A stretch of DNA of 61,965 bases, the filler included, from Jimgerdemannia flammicorona (taxonomy: Eukaryota): NCBI GenBank assembly GCA_003990765.1. It is 3 parts of 3 records of this genome, joined end to end, with 100 filler letters (N's around TTAATTAATTAA, not from the genome) between each part and the next. Parts side by side here need not be neighbours in the genome. Positions count along the whole stretch, not along the records: positions 41,382 to 61,965 come from RBNJ01001644.1; 2 more parts are not named here. One strand, written 5' to 3'. Shown here piece after piece: positions 49,901-61,965 of the stretch (the stretch's first letter is position 1; every line of letters starts with the position of its first letter). The position numbers were made by a program, and so were the translations under genes. The notes under the pieces were generated by a model. It was not told the DNA's origin, did no database searches, and was given only the letters and a program-made list of their open reading frames with translations.

Positions 49901-52837
49901 CCTCTACCCACAAATCCCACAACCCCTTCTCAGCCAGCAGGGAGGAGTTGAGGCACCAATGTCCAGGTCCATCTCCACTCCCCCCAAACTGCCCCTGTCC
50001 TAATAGTCTCCAGTAATCAGACCATGGGCACCATTTCACCTCCAATACCTTCCAGACATCAGAGCCCCAGCATTCTGCCATCAGAATCCAGTCAATCCTT
50101 GTATCCAAGCCATTCACCCAATGTATGTAGACCCTGGAGTCACCCCATCGTATTCTACTAATATCCCCTAAGGAGCTCAGCCTCTCCACCTCCTCCCATG
50201 TATCCAGGCCTCCACTTCTCCCTCCTGCACTCCTCTCACCATCAGTGTGGTCCAGAAGCTGATCCTGAACCATATTAAAGTCCCCCCCAATCACATTGAC
50301 CCCTTCCGCCAAGAGAACACCCTCCCCCAGCAGCTCCTCAATCCATGCAATCCTCTCACCCCTAACCACAGGGCAGTAGCAAGAGCCAACCCTCACTGAC
50401 TCTCACCCTGGCTGCTGCCAATCTCCCCAGACCAAGCAGTTATCCCAGCTCCTGATTCCCTCTAAGTCACCTCTACCCTTCCTCACCAGAATCGCCACTT
50501 TTCCAAATGAAGCAGTAGCCCCACCCCATTCCTTAGTCCACTTCACCCAATCATCCTCATCCTCACACCAAACATCCTGTAGTAAAAAGAGATCAGCCTC
50601 CAATCTCTTGAGCCAAGTAAAAATGTTCTTATATCATCCAGAACCCCTCAACCCATTCACATTCAAAGAGAAAATGTTAGTAGTACTATTCATAAGGAAT
50701 AATGTTAAAAAAGTGAGCCCATCCTCTATAAGTCCACATTCAGCTCCTCCTGCACCAAGTCTAATTCACATTCAGCAGCTAGTTCCCTTTCCCCAGCTTC
50801 CTGTGCCTCCAACTCTCCCAGAAGTTCTACCATTGCCTCATCTTCTCTCTCCTCAAATTCCTCTTGATACTCTAAACAGGCCTCCCTCCATAGCTGCAAA
50901 CCATGCCATTCAGCCCAGCAGTATGTTGCTTGCTCACCTGCAGCCACCACCAGCTCTGCCTTCCTCACCTCATTGACCTCATATCCCTCCTCCTTTAAGA
51001 GGATTTCAAGAATCTCCCCCCTCAGTACCTCCACTACTCCCTCACTATGTAGAATCTGCTCCCAGTGCTCCTTAGGCATAATCTGCAGGTCCACTTCTCC
51101 CAATGCATCAGCTGTGAGGTTATCCATCACCTTGCTCATCCACAGCAAGTTTCCTACCTCCTTCCCTCCTGGAGTCCCTGGCTGTCCCACATCCAACATT
51201 ATGGTATCAGCACCCACACTGGCAGCCTCATCCCACTTCTCCTCAGAGATATCCACCAGCTCATCCTCACCAGCCACCACCACCTGGCCCCCTTTCACCA
51301 CATCAGGGACCCCAAAATGCACTTGCTGGGCCCCCTTTATCAGCATATCCTCCAATGTCCTTCTCTTTGCAGCTGGGCCCCTCCTGATCAGAGGGGGGGG
51401 GGTGGAGTCCAATTCTGGCTCTCAGACCTCAAAGGTGCCATCAGTAAAAGGGTTCTTGCTCAGCACCTCTCCATCTCCTTCCTTGCCTACCTCCACCTCC
51501 CCTACCCCTTTACTAGCCCCAACACTGGCTTCAACACCCCCAGACATCTCAGCCCCAACTGCCATCTTCTTCATCTCGACTGTCATACTTGCCAGTAGCT
51601 CCCTCTGCCTCCTGTGCCCCTGCGCCTGCTCCCACTGCCCCTTGTCCATATGGATATACCTCCCCTCCACAACCTCCAGATGCCTCGACTCCTCATACAT
51701 CTTCCAGGCCCTTGCCCTCCTCTCCACAGCTCCACTCATCTCCTCCAGTGCCTCCAACAAGTCCTCCTCCTCCTCCTCACTCCCCTTCACCCTTGACACC
51801 CTACAGATGAATGCCTCCCACATCAGCACAGAAGGCCAGTCACTTGCCTTCTCTGTGGCCTCCTTTCCTGCCAGCCGAATCCTGACATCAATGTTGCCCA
51901 TCCTGATCATTGTCCCCTCCCACACCTGAAAGCCAATGTCCACCACGTCACCATACTCAATTATCACCTCCTCCACCCTCTTCCTAGTCTCCTCCTTAGT
52001 CACCATAGGCACCCCCTTCACCAGAAACTGCACCACCCTGGGGTCCCATCGCAAGCACTGCACCAAGGGGACCACTATCTCCCCAACCACAACTCCAGTC
52101 TTCAGTGCCTCATCCAGTGGACCGGCCTCCTCAAAGCCCACCTCGACCCCCTCCAGACCCTTCAAGAACTCCACTGAGGCTGCCCCAGCCACCTGCTTCA
52201 AAACAAGCCCCAGAACTATCCTTGCTATCACTGCTAAGCCCCAGAAGCACAAGGTTACCACAAACTCCAAGATTGACTTCTTGAGCAATGGGGTCACTGC
52301 CAGCCCCATTACATAATCCACCAGGTCCCCCTTCTGTATTGGAAACCCCTGCCCCACCTGGCCATCAGCTGTCACATCTCTTTTTTTTTCCTAATTTCCC
52401 ATCACACTCCCATCAACAGTCACACCCCCAGCCACAGCACCTCCAGCCCCTACGTCTGCACTCCCAGCTGGAGCACTGCCCCCCCCTCCCAAGGCTTGTC
52501 TTGTCCTTCCCCTCAGCAGCACCAGCCCTATTACCAGCCAGCCACCCACTCTCCTTAACCTTATCTGCGAAGCTCGGAAGACCAGATCTTCCCCCATTAC
52601 CACTGAACACCAGTCCCCCTCCAGCGCCCTCTCCATTCTTTGGTCCTCCAAAGGCCCCCATCTCCAGGCCATAACCCCTTCCCACCTGCTGCCAGTCAAA
52701 GGCCCTAGATCCACCTGACCTAGTATATACATCTGTATAGTCATTGCTCTCTATGTTGCTAGTCACCTTTCACCAAAAACATTGTCGAAAGTATTGCCTG
52801 AGTCTTGTGTCACCTGAATGTTACCAGTGAAAGGTTT
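46981..52837 (-). mobile_element. Near full-length L1/Tx1-like LINE (ORF1 ~50726-52766, ORF2 from 50693 leftwards)
   Basis: 5' motif CCTTTCACTGGTAACATTCA and EN/RT motifs (GVPQGGPLSP, AFTDD). The 3' end reaches AATAAAGGACACAGT but has no poly(A) and abuts the next copy's 5' end. Confidence 0.93.
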
Positions 52838-55800
52838 CTGAGCATGACATTTTTGCCCCTATCTCTCCACCACCCATTCAACATATCCATCATCAGCTAC
52901 ACTCATCTAGCTACTCTCACCCTCAATATCAACCATTGACCCTCTTTAAATACATATAGTTAATATCCTGCAAGTCTAATCCAAACTGCCAGCACCCATC
53001 TTAGTATCAGCTATTTATCTCCCAACCCCCCCACCAATCTCCTCCAGAGGTCACCCCACCTCTCTCCCAACACTAACCCTGGTGGGTGCATACTTAGTCA
53101 CATCTCAATCTCTCTCCAAAATCATCCATCACTTTATACTCTCCTAGCTAATGTTCTGGAGTCTTTATCACTCCTCTCTCCTGTCTGACATTCAGACACT
53201 TCTCACACTCCTGGGTACCCCCTTCTACCAAGTGATCCATTCAGTAGTTTAATATTACATTACACTATAGAATTCTCTACCATACTATCCAGAACTTGAG
53301 AGGGATCCATCTTGCTACCTACTTGCCCTATAGCCAAATATTATTATAGTCCCACTTCTCTCCAATCCCCACCCCTGCTATACCTGAGACCACAGATCTC
53401 TCCCATGTTCCCAAAGGCACTCTATGCTATCCTCCAGGCAGAAGTCATCCACTGACACTCTACCCAACAGAAGGTGGTCCCACTTCTATATCTGGGGTCC
53501 CCATTCCTCCTCCCCCTCATCACCCTACTATCAGAGACCAATACAGTGCATTCTATCAACTACCCCCTACTAGAATCTCTTATAATGTATTCTCTAACTC
53601 TCCTTCAAAGCTACCAGAGATAGAAGATCTCCAGTCACACTATGGGGGGAGAACTAGGTCTCACACATCCTCTGCATGAGGGGAACCCACTCTCTGCCCC
53701 TCAACTTACTTACTTGCTTCAACCACCATGCTCTCAAGAAGTGAAGATACTTGGAAAAATCCACCAGACCCAGACCTCTCCAGTTCACTGGCCAGGTCAA
53801 TATCTCTCAACCAATCTGACTCTATCACTCTGCCTATATTCAGGTTCTGGCCATCTTCAACAATCACTTGACTATCTATATATATCAGAAAGTTCAAGTG
53901 ATATCCCAGATACCACAACTTAGGCAACCAGTATATATTCAACACTATCACCCTTCTTACCAGAGATATATAGCGACCACCCCACTGAAAAAGAGAACTT
54001 CTCCACTCTACCAACCACTGCTCTCACCACCCATATAGTAGTAAGGAGTCATATATCAAAAATTAAATCTCTAGATAGCAAACAGTCTCTTCCATAGAGA
54101 TAATTATTCCAATCATGTCTCTACCTACTATCCCCCCTCTCAACACCAAAGTCTCACACTTATGCCAGTTGAGCTTAGTACTCAAGTATCCCTCATATTA
54201 CTCTACTGTACCTTTCAGTGCCACAATATTCTCAGCTGACCTCAGCCTGACCACTATATCATCAGTGAATACCCCCACCTTCTAATTAACCCCCAGAATG
54301 TCCCACCCTCCCACCTTTTACCAAAAGAGACTTCAGGGACAATATATACAGAATCAGTGACAGTGGATTCCTCTGCAGCACTCCTCTGCCCAAAGAGAAT
54401 AAAACCCCTTTGTACCTATTTATCATTATTACTGCCTGACTTTCTTTCAGCAGACCAACTAAGGCCCACTGGACCCCAGGGGGGACCTCAATATACTTTA
54501 ACATCTCTTCTAACTATACTCACTAGACTCTGTCATAGGCCTTCTCTTGGTCCAAGAAAACCAGCCATCCATCTACCCTAGTAGTATGAGCTCTCTCAAT
54601 GACACTATGTATTCAGGCTGTCTCATCTCTGATCAGATGTCTCCCTATGAAATCTCTCTGCTCAGCTCCCAGAATCTGTTAAACCACTCTCTACAGCCTA
54701 GTCACTAGTATCTTCATGACCAGTTTGTAATCTATCTAGAAGTATGATCAGCCTTTAGTTCTTCTACTCCTCTCTCCTCCCCTTATTCTTAAACAGCATT
54801 GCCATAAGACCTAAGCTCTGCCCCCCAATCCATGTCTCTGAGCTAATCACTTTATTATATATTGCTATTATTTCCTCCAGAATCAACTCAACTTCTGCCA
54901 TCTTCTTCCAAAAATCACACTGTAAGTTATTCTTCTTTAGTGTTGTCTCAGAGCTCATCATCATCAGAACCTGCCAAATCTCTTCTCTTTGGACAGTAGC
55001 ACCAGAGTTACCTAAGCTCACTGCCAGATCAGGGTACTATTTCTCCAAGTACTGGTCAATGTCCAGCACCCCCACCCCTCTATCCTCCTCACTTTACAAA
55101 TGTCCCCACCATCTGCTCAACTGGTCCAGAATCTCTAGTGTCTGAACAACCAACTTCCCAGCCTCATCTAAAACTACCTCCCACTACTGCCATACTCTTC
55201 TCACTTGTAGAAGCTATGACAAAAACTTAATAGGCCTTTCTCTCTCCTCCAATCTCTGCTACTGTAGCTGGGCCACTATGCCCTTAACCTGTAGGTCCTT
55301 CTCTTACCTCAGTATAACCTTCAGCTTTTCCACCTCTAGCCTAATCTGCTGTATTTGTCAATCTCCTTTCTCACTAGATCTGCTCAAGTTGCTAACAACC
55401 TCACCAATCTCTAAGAGGCCTATCTCACTTTCTTCTTCCTCTAAACACCCCACATCCTTCCTATCTCCCCTCAGTACTATTGCATCTCAGATTTCAATTG
55501 TATTCAGCAATCCAATCTCTAGCCTCTCTGCGCTCTAATTAAGAATCCTAGAGCTAATATCTACCATCCATGCCTCTCATAGGGAGGCCTCCACTAGCAA
55601 AGAGGTATTCAGTCACCAATGTCCAGGTCTCTCCCCACTTCTCCCAAAACACCCCCCTCCTAGAAGACCCCAGTGATCTGACTACAGACACCAAACAGTT
55701 TCCAAAGTCCTTTAGATGTCAACTCCTCAGTAATCAGCAGTTAACATCCAGTCAATTCTTAAGCCAAGCCCTGCCACCCAGTGGGTAAAGACCCTATAAT

Positions 55801-58030
55801 CTCTCTATCTAAGCCTCCTGATATTCACTAAAGTGCTCAGATATTGACTTCCTCCCAGGCTCTATACTACTACTCCTGCTCACTATTTCTCTTTCTCTAT
55901 CAGTTCTATCTATCTTTCTATCATTTATTATATTAAAGTCCCCTCCTAGACAATAAATTCCTACCTCTACCAATGTTCTAGACTCTTGTAGCCCTTAAAT
56001 CCACTCCACTCTCTCTCTCCTTTCTACTGGACAATAATATGACCCAACTGTCAAAGGCCTCCAGCCCAGCCTCTTCCAAACTCCCCATACTACCCTGTCT
56101 CCCAATGTCCAATATCTCTAATATCTCCCTTACTCTTCCTAACCAGAATGCTCACATGTCCTCACCAAACAGCCATACTACTCCATTCCTTTTCTAGTCC
56201 AGAATATCTAAGTCTCTATCATAACTAATATTCTATAGTAGGAATAAATCTACTTTCATCCCCTTCAGCTATCTAAAGATATTTTGATGTTTTACTGCTC
56301 CTTGTAGTCCATTGATATTCAAAGGTAGGATTCTACTTATACTGTTCATATTGAATAATATTATTTGAAGAACAGCTATTTACTCTATAATTCTATGCTT
56401 ACTACATCATTAGTAATATCTAGGTTTCTTTCTACCTTCAGTTCATCCACCTCTCTCTACTGAGCCTCTAATACCTCCAAGATCTCCTGATAATCCACAC
56501 CATTCACAGCCTCTATCTCTATTCAGTACTCCTTACACACTATCTGTTACTTTGCCAGCCCTTTCCTTAGGTCCCACATATATATAGCCCTATTATTTGC
56601 AATTTCTAGAAGTAGTACCTCATACTGAGGGCCCTCTCCTCTGCCATCTCTGCATCCTCTACAATGATCAACCCTATGCCTTCCCCCACTCCTGGGGTCC
56701 CCTCTGGTACTGCTTCCTTCTCTTCCACCCAGATACTCACCCTCAATCCAGCTTCTTCAGTAGTGGTCCCCCCAGCTGCTCCTCTCTCCAACTTAGCCAA
56801 CAGATCCTTCTGAATGTGCCTCCCCTGTGTCCTCTCCCAGGCTGTCCAATCCCGTCACACCCTCTTGCCATTCATGATCTCTACAACTGTCTTGGCCTCA
56901 AACTCCTTTTAGACCAATCTCCTCCTCTCTATAGCTCCAGCCAGATCATCTAATATCTCCAGCAAGTCCTCTTCTTCCTCCAGTGTCTCTTTCACTCTCA
57001 AGATCTTATACTCCACAGGTCCCCATTTAAGAACCACTGGTCAGTTTCTCATCTTCTCTGTATTCTTCTTACCCATCAGCTGCACCCTAATATTCACATC
57101 TTCTGTCCTGAATTCTGTACCTTCCCAGACCTGAAACACAATATCCATAATATCTCCATACTCCTTAATGTCCTCTATGTTCAAACTCTTGGCCATTTCC
57201 TTTAACACCATAGGAATATCCAGTAATATCAGATATATAACTTGGGGATCCCAGTGCAAGCATTAGGCCATGGGGATCACCACCTCTCTCACTACTACTC
57301 TCTTCTCCATTGCTTCCAACAGCACATCCTTCTTCTTGATGTCTACCTCCACTCCTTCCAGATCCTTCAAAAACTTCACTGATACTGCTCCCTTCACCTC
57401 CTGGGCCAGAAGCCCTAGAATCATCCTCACTATTACTGCTAAGCCTTAGAAACACAATGTGATAGTGAATTCTGACCTCAATTTCTTGAGTAATAGTACT
57501 GTCACTAGGTTCATTACACTATCTGCCATATTACTAGACCTCATGCCCACTCCCTGTCCAGATCCACCATTAGCTGTTATATCTGGATTTTTTTTCCAGA
57601 TTAGTAGTCTCCATATCATCAGCAGTCCTGCTCTCACCAGCCACTACCTCCCCAGCCCTGCTGCTCTCACCACAGGCTGCTCCACCAGATTATGTAGTTC
57701 TCACCATCTTCTTGCTCTTCCTCAGTCAGTCCTCCAGTCCAGTCATTGGATGACCCCTCTTTACCTTATCTGTAAAGCTCATCTACTCAGTCCTCTATCT
57801 CCCAGCACTGTCTCCTCTCCTTCAACATCCTCCAGCCAGCAAGCCCTATATGTTTCCCCCCTAGCCATAACTCCTCCCCACATGCTACTAGTCAAACATA
57901 CTAGAGCTGCTCTGTTCAGTACATACCTTAGAATACTCATCAGTTGCTATATTACTAGTACTTATTCTCCAAAAACAATATCTTGAATATTGCCAGAAGT
58001 TTGTATAATCTGAATGTTCTAGAGAAAGGA
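52838..58030 (-). mobile_element. Older, more decayed L1/Tx1-like LINE copy
   Basis: 5' motif CCTTTCTCTAGAACATTCA (~58012-58030), ORF1 remnant ~56390-57960, ORF2 start ~56349. Almost no CpG and many stops. Confidence 0.9.
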
Positions 58031-59160
58031 ATATCAATAGTATGTGAAGCTCTACATATAGTAGTTGATTGATATATCTATTTGAGAAAAAGATATATAC
58101 TAATTCAGATAGCATCACCTCATATAAGTTATTTCCCCACTCTATTACATACTAGTTTCTCTTTATGCTGAGGTCTCAGTTCTATTTCTATACTCCAAAT
58201 GGCTGGGAACTATGCCAGCAGCCAGTCTGTTACAGAAATCTGCATCATATGACCTACTTTATACTTGCTGCATAACCTGCTTCCATCCATCTCTTGAATG
58301 TCTAAGAAGAGAGGAGGATGATTGTATCTCATTTTCCAATACTGCTGAAGACTCATCAGAGTGGTGATGATAATAACTCCTAAGGATTATATTACTATTA
58401 CCTAGTTAAATATATAGTAAGAGGAAGGTAGAGAGAGAATACAATAGCCAATAGAGGGCCAACTAAACAGAGATCACTTATTTATGAACTAATATCTTAT
58501 CAGTTAGAAATTTCATAAGTATAGTTAAAGGGCTTGCCTTCTTTTATTATATTATTTCCTATTCTTAACTTCCAGTCCTGACCTAACCATTAACCTCAAA
58601 ATCACTTAACAGGGAAATAACACCTTGAACTCTACCCCTTGCATGACTCTGACTCTGACCATACTACCAACAGCCTCTCCTTCTCACTTACACCACCTCA
58701 CTCTGCTGATATAACTATAGTTAGTCTCATATTTCTAAGTCTAGACTGCCTCTCCAAAGATATGGACATAGATATAGATATGAATGAGGCTCTTATCTCA
58801 ACCCCACCCCTAGGCTTACTATTAGATATAATTGCTCTCACTATGGTCTTCTGTTCAAGCTGTTCTTTTATTAAATTGAACATTGTTCTCTAATAGCTAC
58901 AACTAGCACAACTGTTTCAGCTTGAATCAAAACACATCTTGTGACACCTTTTCTTCCCAGCCTGTAGTCTGGAATAATAATATGAACTTTTAACCTCAGC
59001 TATACCAGTGATCTTATATCATTGCAAGTTTCTGTTTGACAATAATATACTGGAATCAGAGGAGAAGTTGAACAGAAGGAGAGAGGAAATAAGAGTTGCA
59101 CCAGTGATATAAATATTCAGTTTTTGGAGGCCCAGGAGAAAGTTTTGTAGAAACCAGAGC
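58031..59160. other. Decayed unclassified sequence, possibly a DNA-transposon relic
   Basis: CpG-free. On plus there is a Ser/Pro-rich stretch then MVFCSSC (~58843), which hints at a Cys motif. Nothing diagnostic. Confidence 0.25.
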
Positions 59161-59163
59161 CTC

Positions 59164-61965
59164 ATGAGTGAGCCAGCAAAGGGAAGGAGGGCAGTACTCC
59201 TGGGGAGATGGGCAGGAGCACTAGAAGATAGGGAGGTGGTGGATTGGAGGATTGCGAGGATTCAAAAGGAAGTTGAGGAGCTTAAGGAGGTGATACAATT
59301 AGAGAAGAAGGTTAAATTGAAGGAAATGGTGGCAAGGCTGAGGTGGCAAGGGTTGGAGGAGGGAGAAAGGCCCACTAGGTTTTTATCACAGATGTTACAA
59401 GTATGGAGAACTAAGTAGTAGTGGGATGGTATCTTGGATGAGGAGGGAGAGATGGTAGTGGGGACTCTGGCAATTCTGGGATTGCTAAGGTCCCACTGGG
59501 AGGCCCTATGGAGTGAGGAAGATGGAGGTGAAGATGCCTTGGACATTGAATGGCATTTGGAGGGTTAGCATTCGAATCTGGCACTGGGTCTAGAGGCTCT
59601 GGGGGACCCAGTGAGGGGGGAGGAAGTATGTAAGGTCCTGGCTTCGACAAGCAAGGGGATGGCTCCAGGGGAGGATGGACTTCCCTGGGATTTTTGGAAG
59701 AAGATAGCCAGAGTGGAGGTGGTACTGGAGGAGTTGACAGAGATGTGTGATGAGGTCCTTCAGTCAGGTACTTGGATTGGGGGCCAGCACCTAGAGCTGG
59801 TCTCCTTGCTCTATAAAGATAAGGAGAGAAGGGAATATTGGAGGAACTGGCATCTGATCATGCTCCTTGATATGGACTGCAAGCTGGTGACAAAGGTCTT
59901 AGTGACTAGGCTATAGGGGATCACTTGGCAGGTATTGGGAGTTGAGCAAAGAGGATTTGTTGGTGGTCAGTTGATATGAGATGGGACAGCCTGGGTTCAT
60001 GGAGTGATTGAAGGGGCTCAGGCTGCTGGGGTTGATGGCTAATTGGTGTTTCTAGATCAGGAGAAGGCATATGACAGAGTAAGGAGGGTCTGGCTAGAGG
60101 GGGTGTTGAAGTAGGTGGGCATTTCCCCAGAGTTTAGGAGATTGTTGATTGGTCTTTTGGAGGACAGTCAGGCAGTATTAGTAGTCAATAGTCACAGGGG
60201 TGTGACCTTCCCTCTGGGTCATGGGGTGCCACAGGGAGATCCTCTATCTCTCATCCTGTATGCCCTTTCCTTGGAGCCCCTATTGGATAGGATCAGGTAC
60301 CAAATTAGGGATTTGGACATTCTGGGGATTAATTGGAAGGTGGGGGCCTTTGCAGATGATATGGTGGTTGGATTGGGTTCATTGGCAGATGTGGAGGAAT
60401 TGCAGCAGACTGTGGAATGGTATGAGAGGGGCTCTGGTGCTAGACTCAATTGGCACAAATGTGAGACTATGGTGCTAGGTGGTGGAATTATTAGTGGTGA
60501 CATGATTGGGATGGTGGTGCCAGCTGGAAACCCAGTCTACTATCTGGGGATCTACTTCTCAGTATATGGGTCCATCCTACCTCGTGATTGGTGGGAACAG
60601 TGGCTCCTAGTGTGGGGGGATATACTCTTATGGTGGAGTGGTCAGCACATTTCCTTAGTAGGAAGGGTGATGGTGCTGAATGTATACTGGCTAAGCTGTG
60701 GTATATGGAGTACTATCTAGATTTCCCAGCATGGGTGGTCAAGTGCCTGCTGAAGATAGCAAGGACATAGATCTGGGCTGAGTGGAGGAGTCAGATTGGA
60801 TGGGAGGTACTGACCTTACCTATGGAGGGTGGCAGACTGGGCTTGGTGGACTATCCCAAAAGACTTCATTGTTTGTGAGTATGGTGGCTGAAAAGAGTGA
60901 GTGAGTTGAGGGGCCAGAAGTGGGTACCACTCATGTAAAGGATGTGGGAGGCCCAGTATTCCCCCTGTGGTGCATCTGGCGACCTGCTTACAATGGTGGC
61001 CCTGGTGGGGAGTGAGAGGATGCAGTATAAGGGCTTTTGGTGGGGGGTGGTTGATGGCACCTGGAGGATTGGTCTTTGATGGCAAGGTGGTGAAGGTGAG
61101 GGAGATTGGGGACCACAAATGTGACAATGAGACAGGCTACTGTTAGGCAGTACTTTGGTGGAGGAATTTCGGCTTGGTGATGGAATGGAATGCTTGTGGG
61201 GATTAGGGAGAGACTTGTGGCCTACAACATGGCAGAGAGTGGGAATTGGCAAGGAGTGGGACTAGAATGGACTTTGGCCTTAGAGCAAGCAGATGCTGCA
61301 GTGACTTCCCCCCAAGTTCTGGGTCATATGGTGGTAGTATTTAAGGCAGAATGTGATGTTGAACTATTGGTCTGGTCACTTGGTGGCTGATGGACAGTAT
61401 GAGTGCAAGGAATGTTTGGATGTTAGACAGGCAGGGGGAGTGTTACAAATGCCTAAACATTGGCTTAATGAGTATAATGTTCTGGGGGTTTTTCAGCACT
61501 ATATTGAAGACAGGTTAGAAATGCGAGCCCTGGTGAGAGGGGAAGGGGGGAGATGGGGAGAGCTCTGCCACAGGTTGGTGGGGAGGGTTGGTGATGAGTG
61601 GCTGACTCTGGGTTGGGCTCTGGCAATCTGGATTGGGCTAGCAGGGCATTGATTATATATATTTGAGGAGGGTTGGCAGATTGAGATTAGGGATAGGGTG
61701 GCACATTGGGAATGGCTATTGTTGGACATTTTGAATAGCTGGTGGTGGGGGTGGGGACTGGGTGGGGTAGCAGGTGAGGTTTGGTAAATTGTATTTGCCA
61801 GAAAAGTGGAAAGAGGGTTTGGGTAGTGAGTGAGAGAGTCATTTTCCACCAGGGAGAGGTTGCAGGGGGTGAGGGGGATCCGAGAGGCATTGGTTGAGGG
61901 GATGGGGATGATAATGTATTTTTAATATAGATTGGGTAATAAAGGGAAGTCTATATGACTATAAA
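59164..61965 (+). mobile_element. 5'-truncated L1/Tx1-like LINE (ORF2 linker, RT, C-terminus, 3' end)
   Basis: EEGERPTRF, APGEDGLPW, GVPQGDPLS, AFADD, CKEC...HW. The window ends in AATAAAGGGAAGTCTATATGACTATAAA. Confidence 0.93.

Overview
Eukaryotic, probably fungal, TE-dense DNA. The lineage is inferred from GT-AG introns with CTAAT/CTGAC branch points and from the gene families present. The window is three contigs joined by artificial 100-nt N/TTAATTAATTAA linkers (20594-20693, 41282-41381). Roughly 85-90% is nested, C-to-T-eroded retroelement DNA. This includes a dUTPase-bearing Ty3/Gypsy family with ~1.6-kb ORF-containing LTRs (one full-length copy 20902-35594 plus two partial relatives), a second Gypsy (7900-13580), a solo LTR, about ten copies or fragments of a G-rich L1/Tx1-like LINE family (one full-length copy with an internal 2.75-kb inversion), and hAT-type MITEs. 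The exception is a CpG-retaining island at ~13590-19830. It holds frameshifted host-gene pieces (an RBR E3 ligase and cohesin Scc3/STAG, both with introns, and a Cys/Gly-rich secreted repeat protein), several minisatellites, and two related type III hammerhead ribozymes in opposite, convergent orientation (15140-15199 +, 18552-18617 -). The ribozyme pair is the most notable observation. No clearly intact host gene is seen. All protein family calls come from motif recognition by eye, not database searches.
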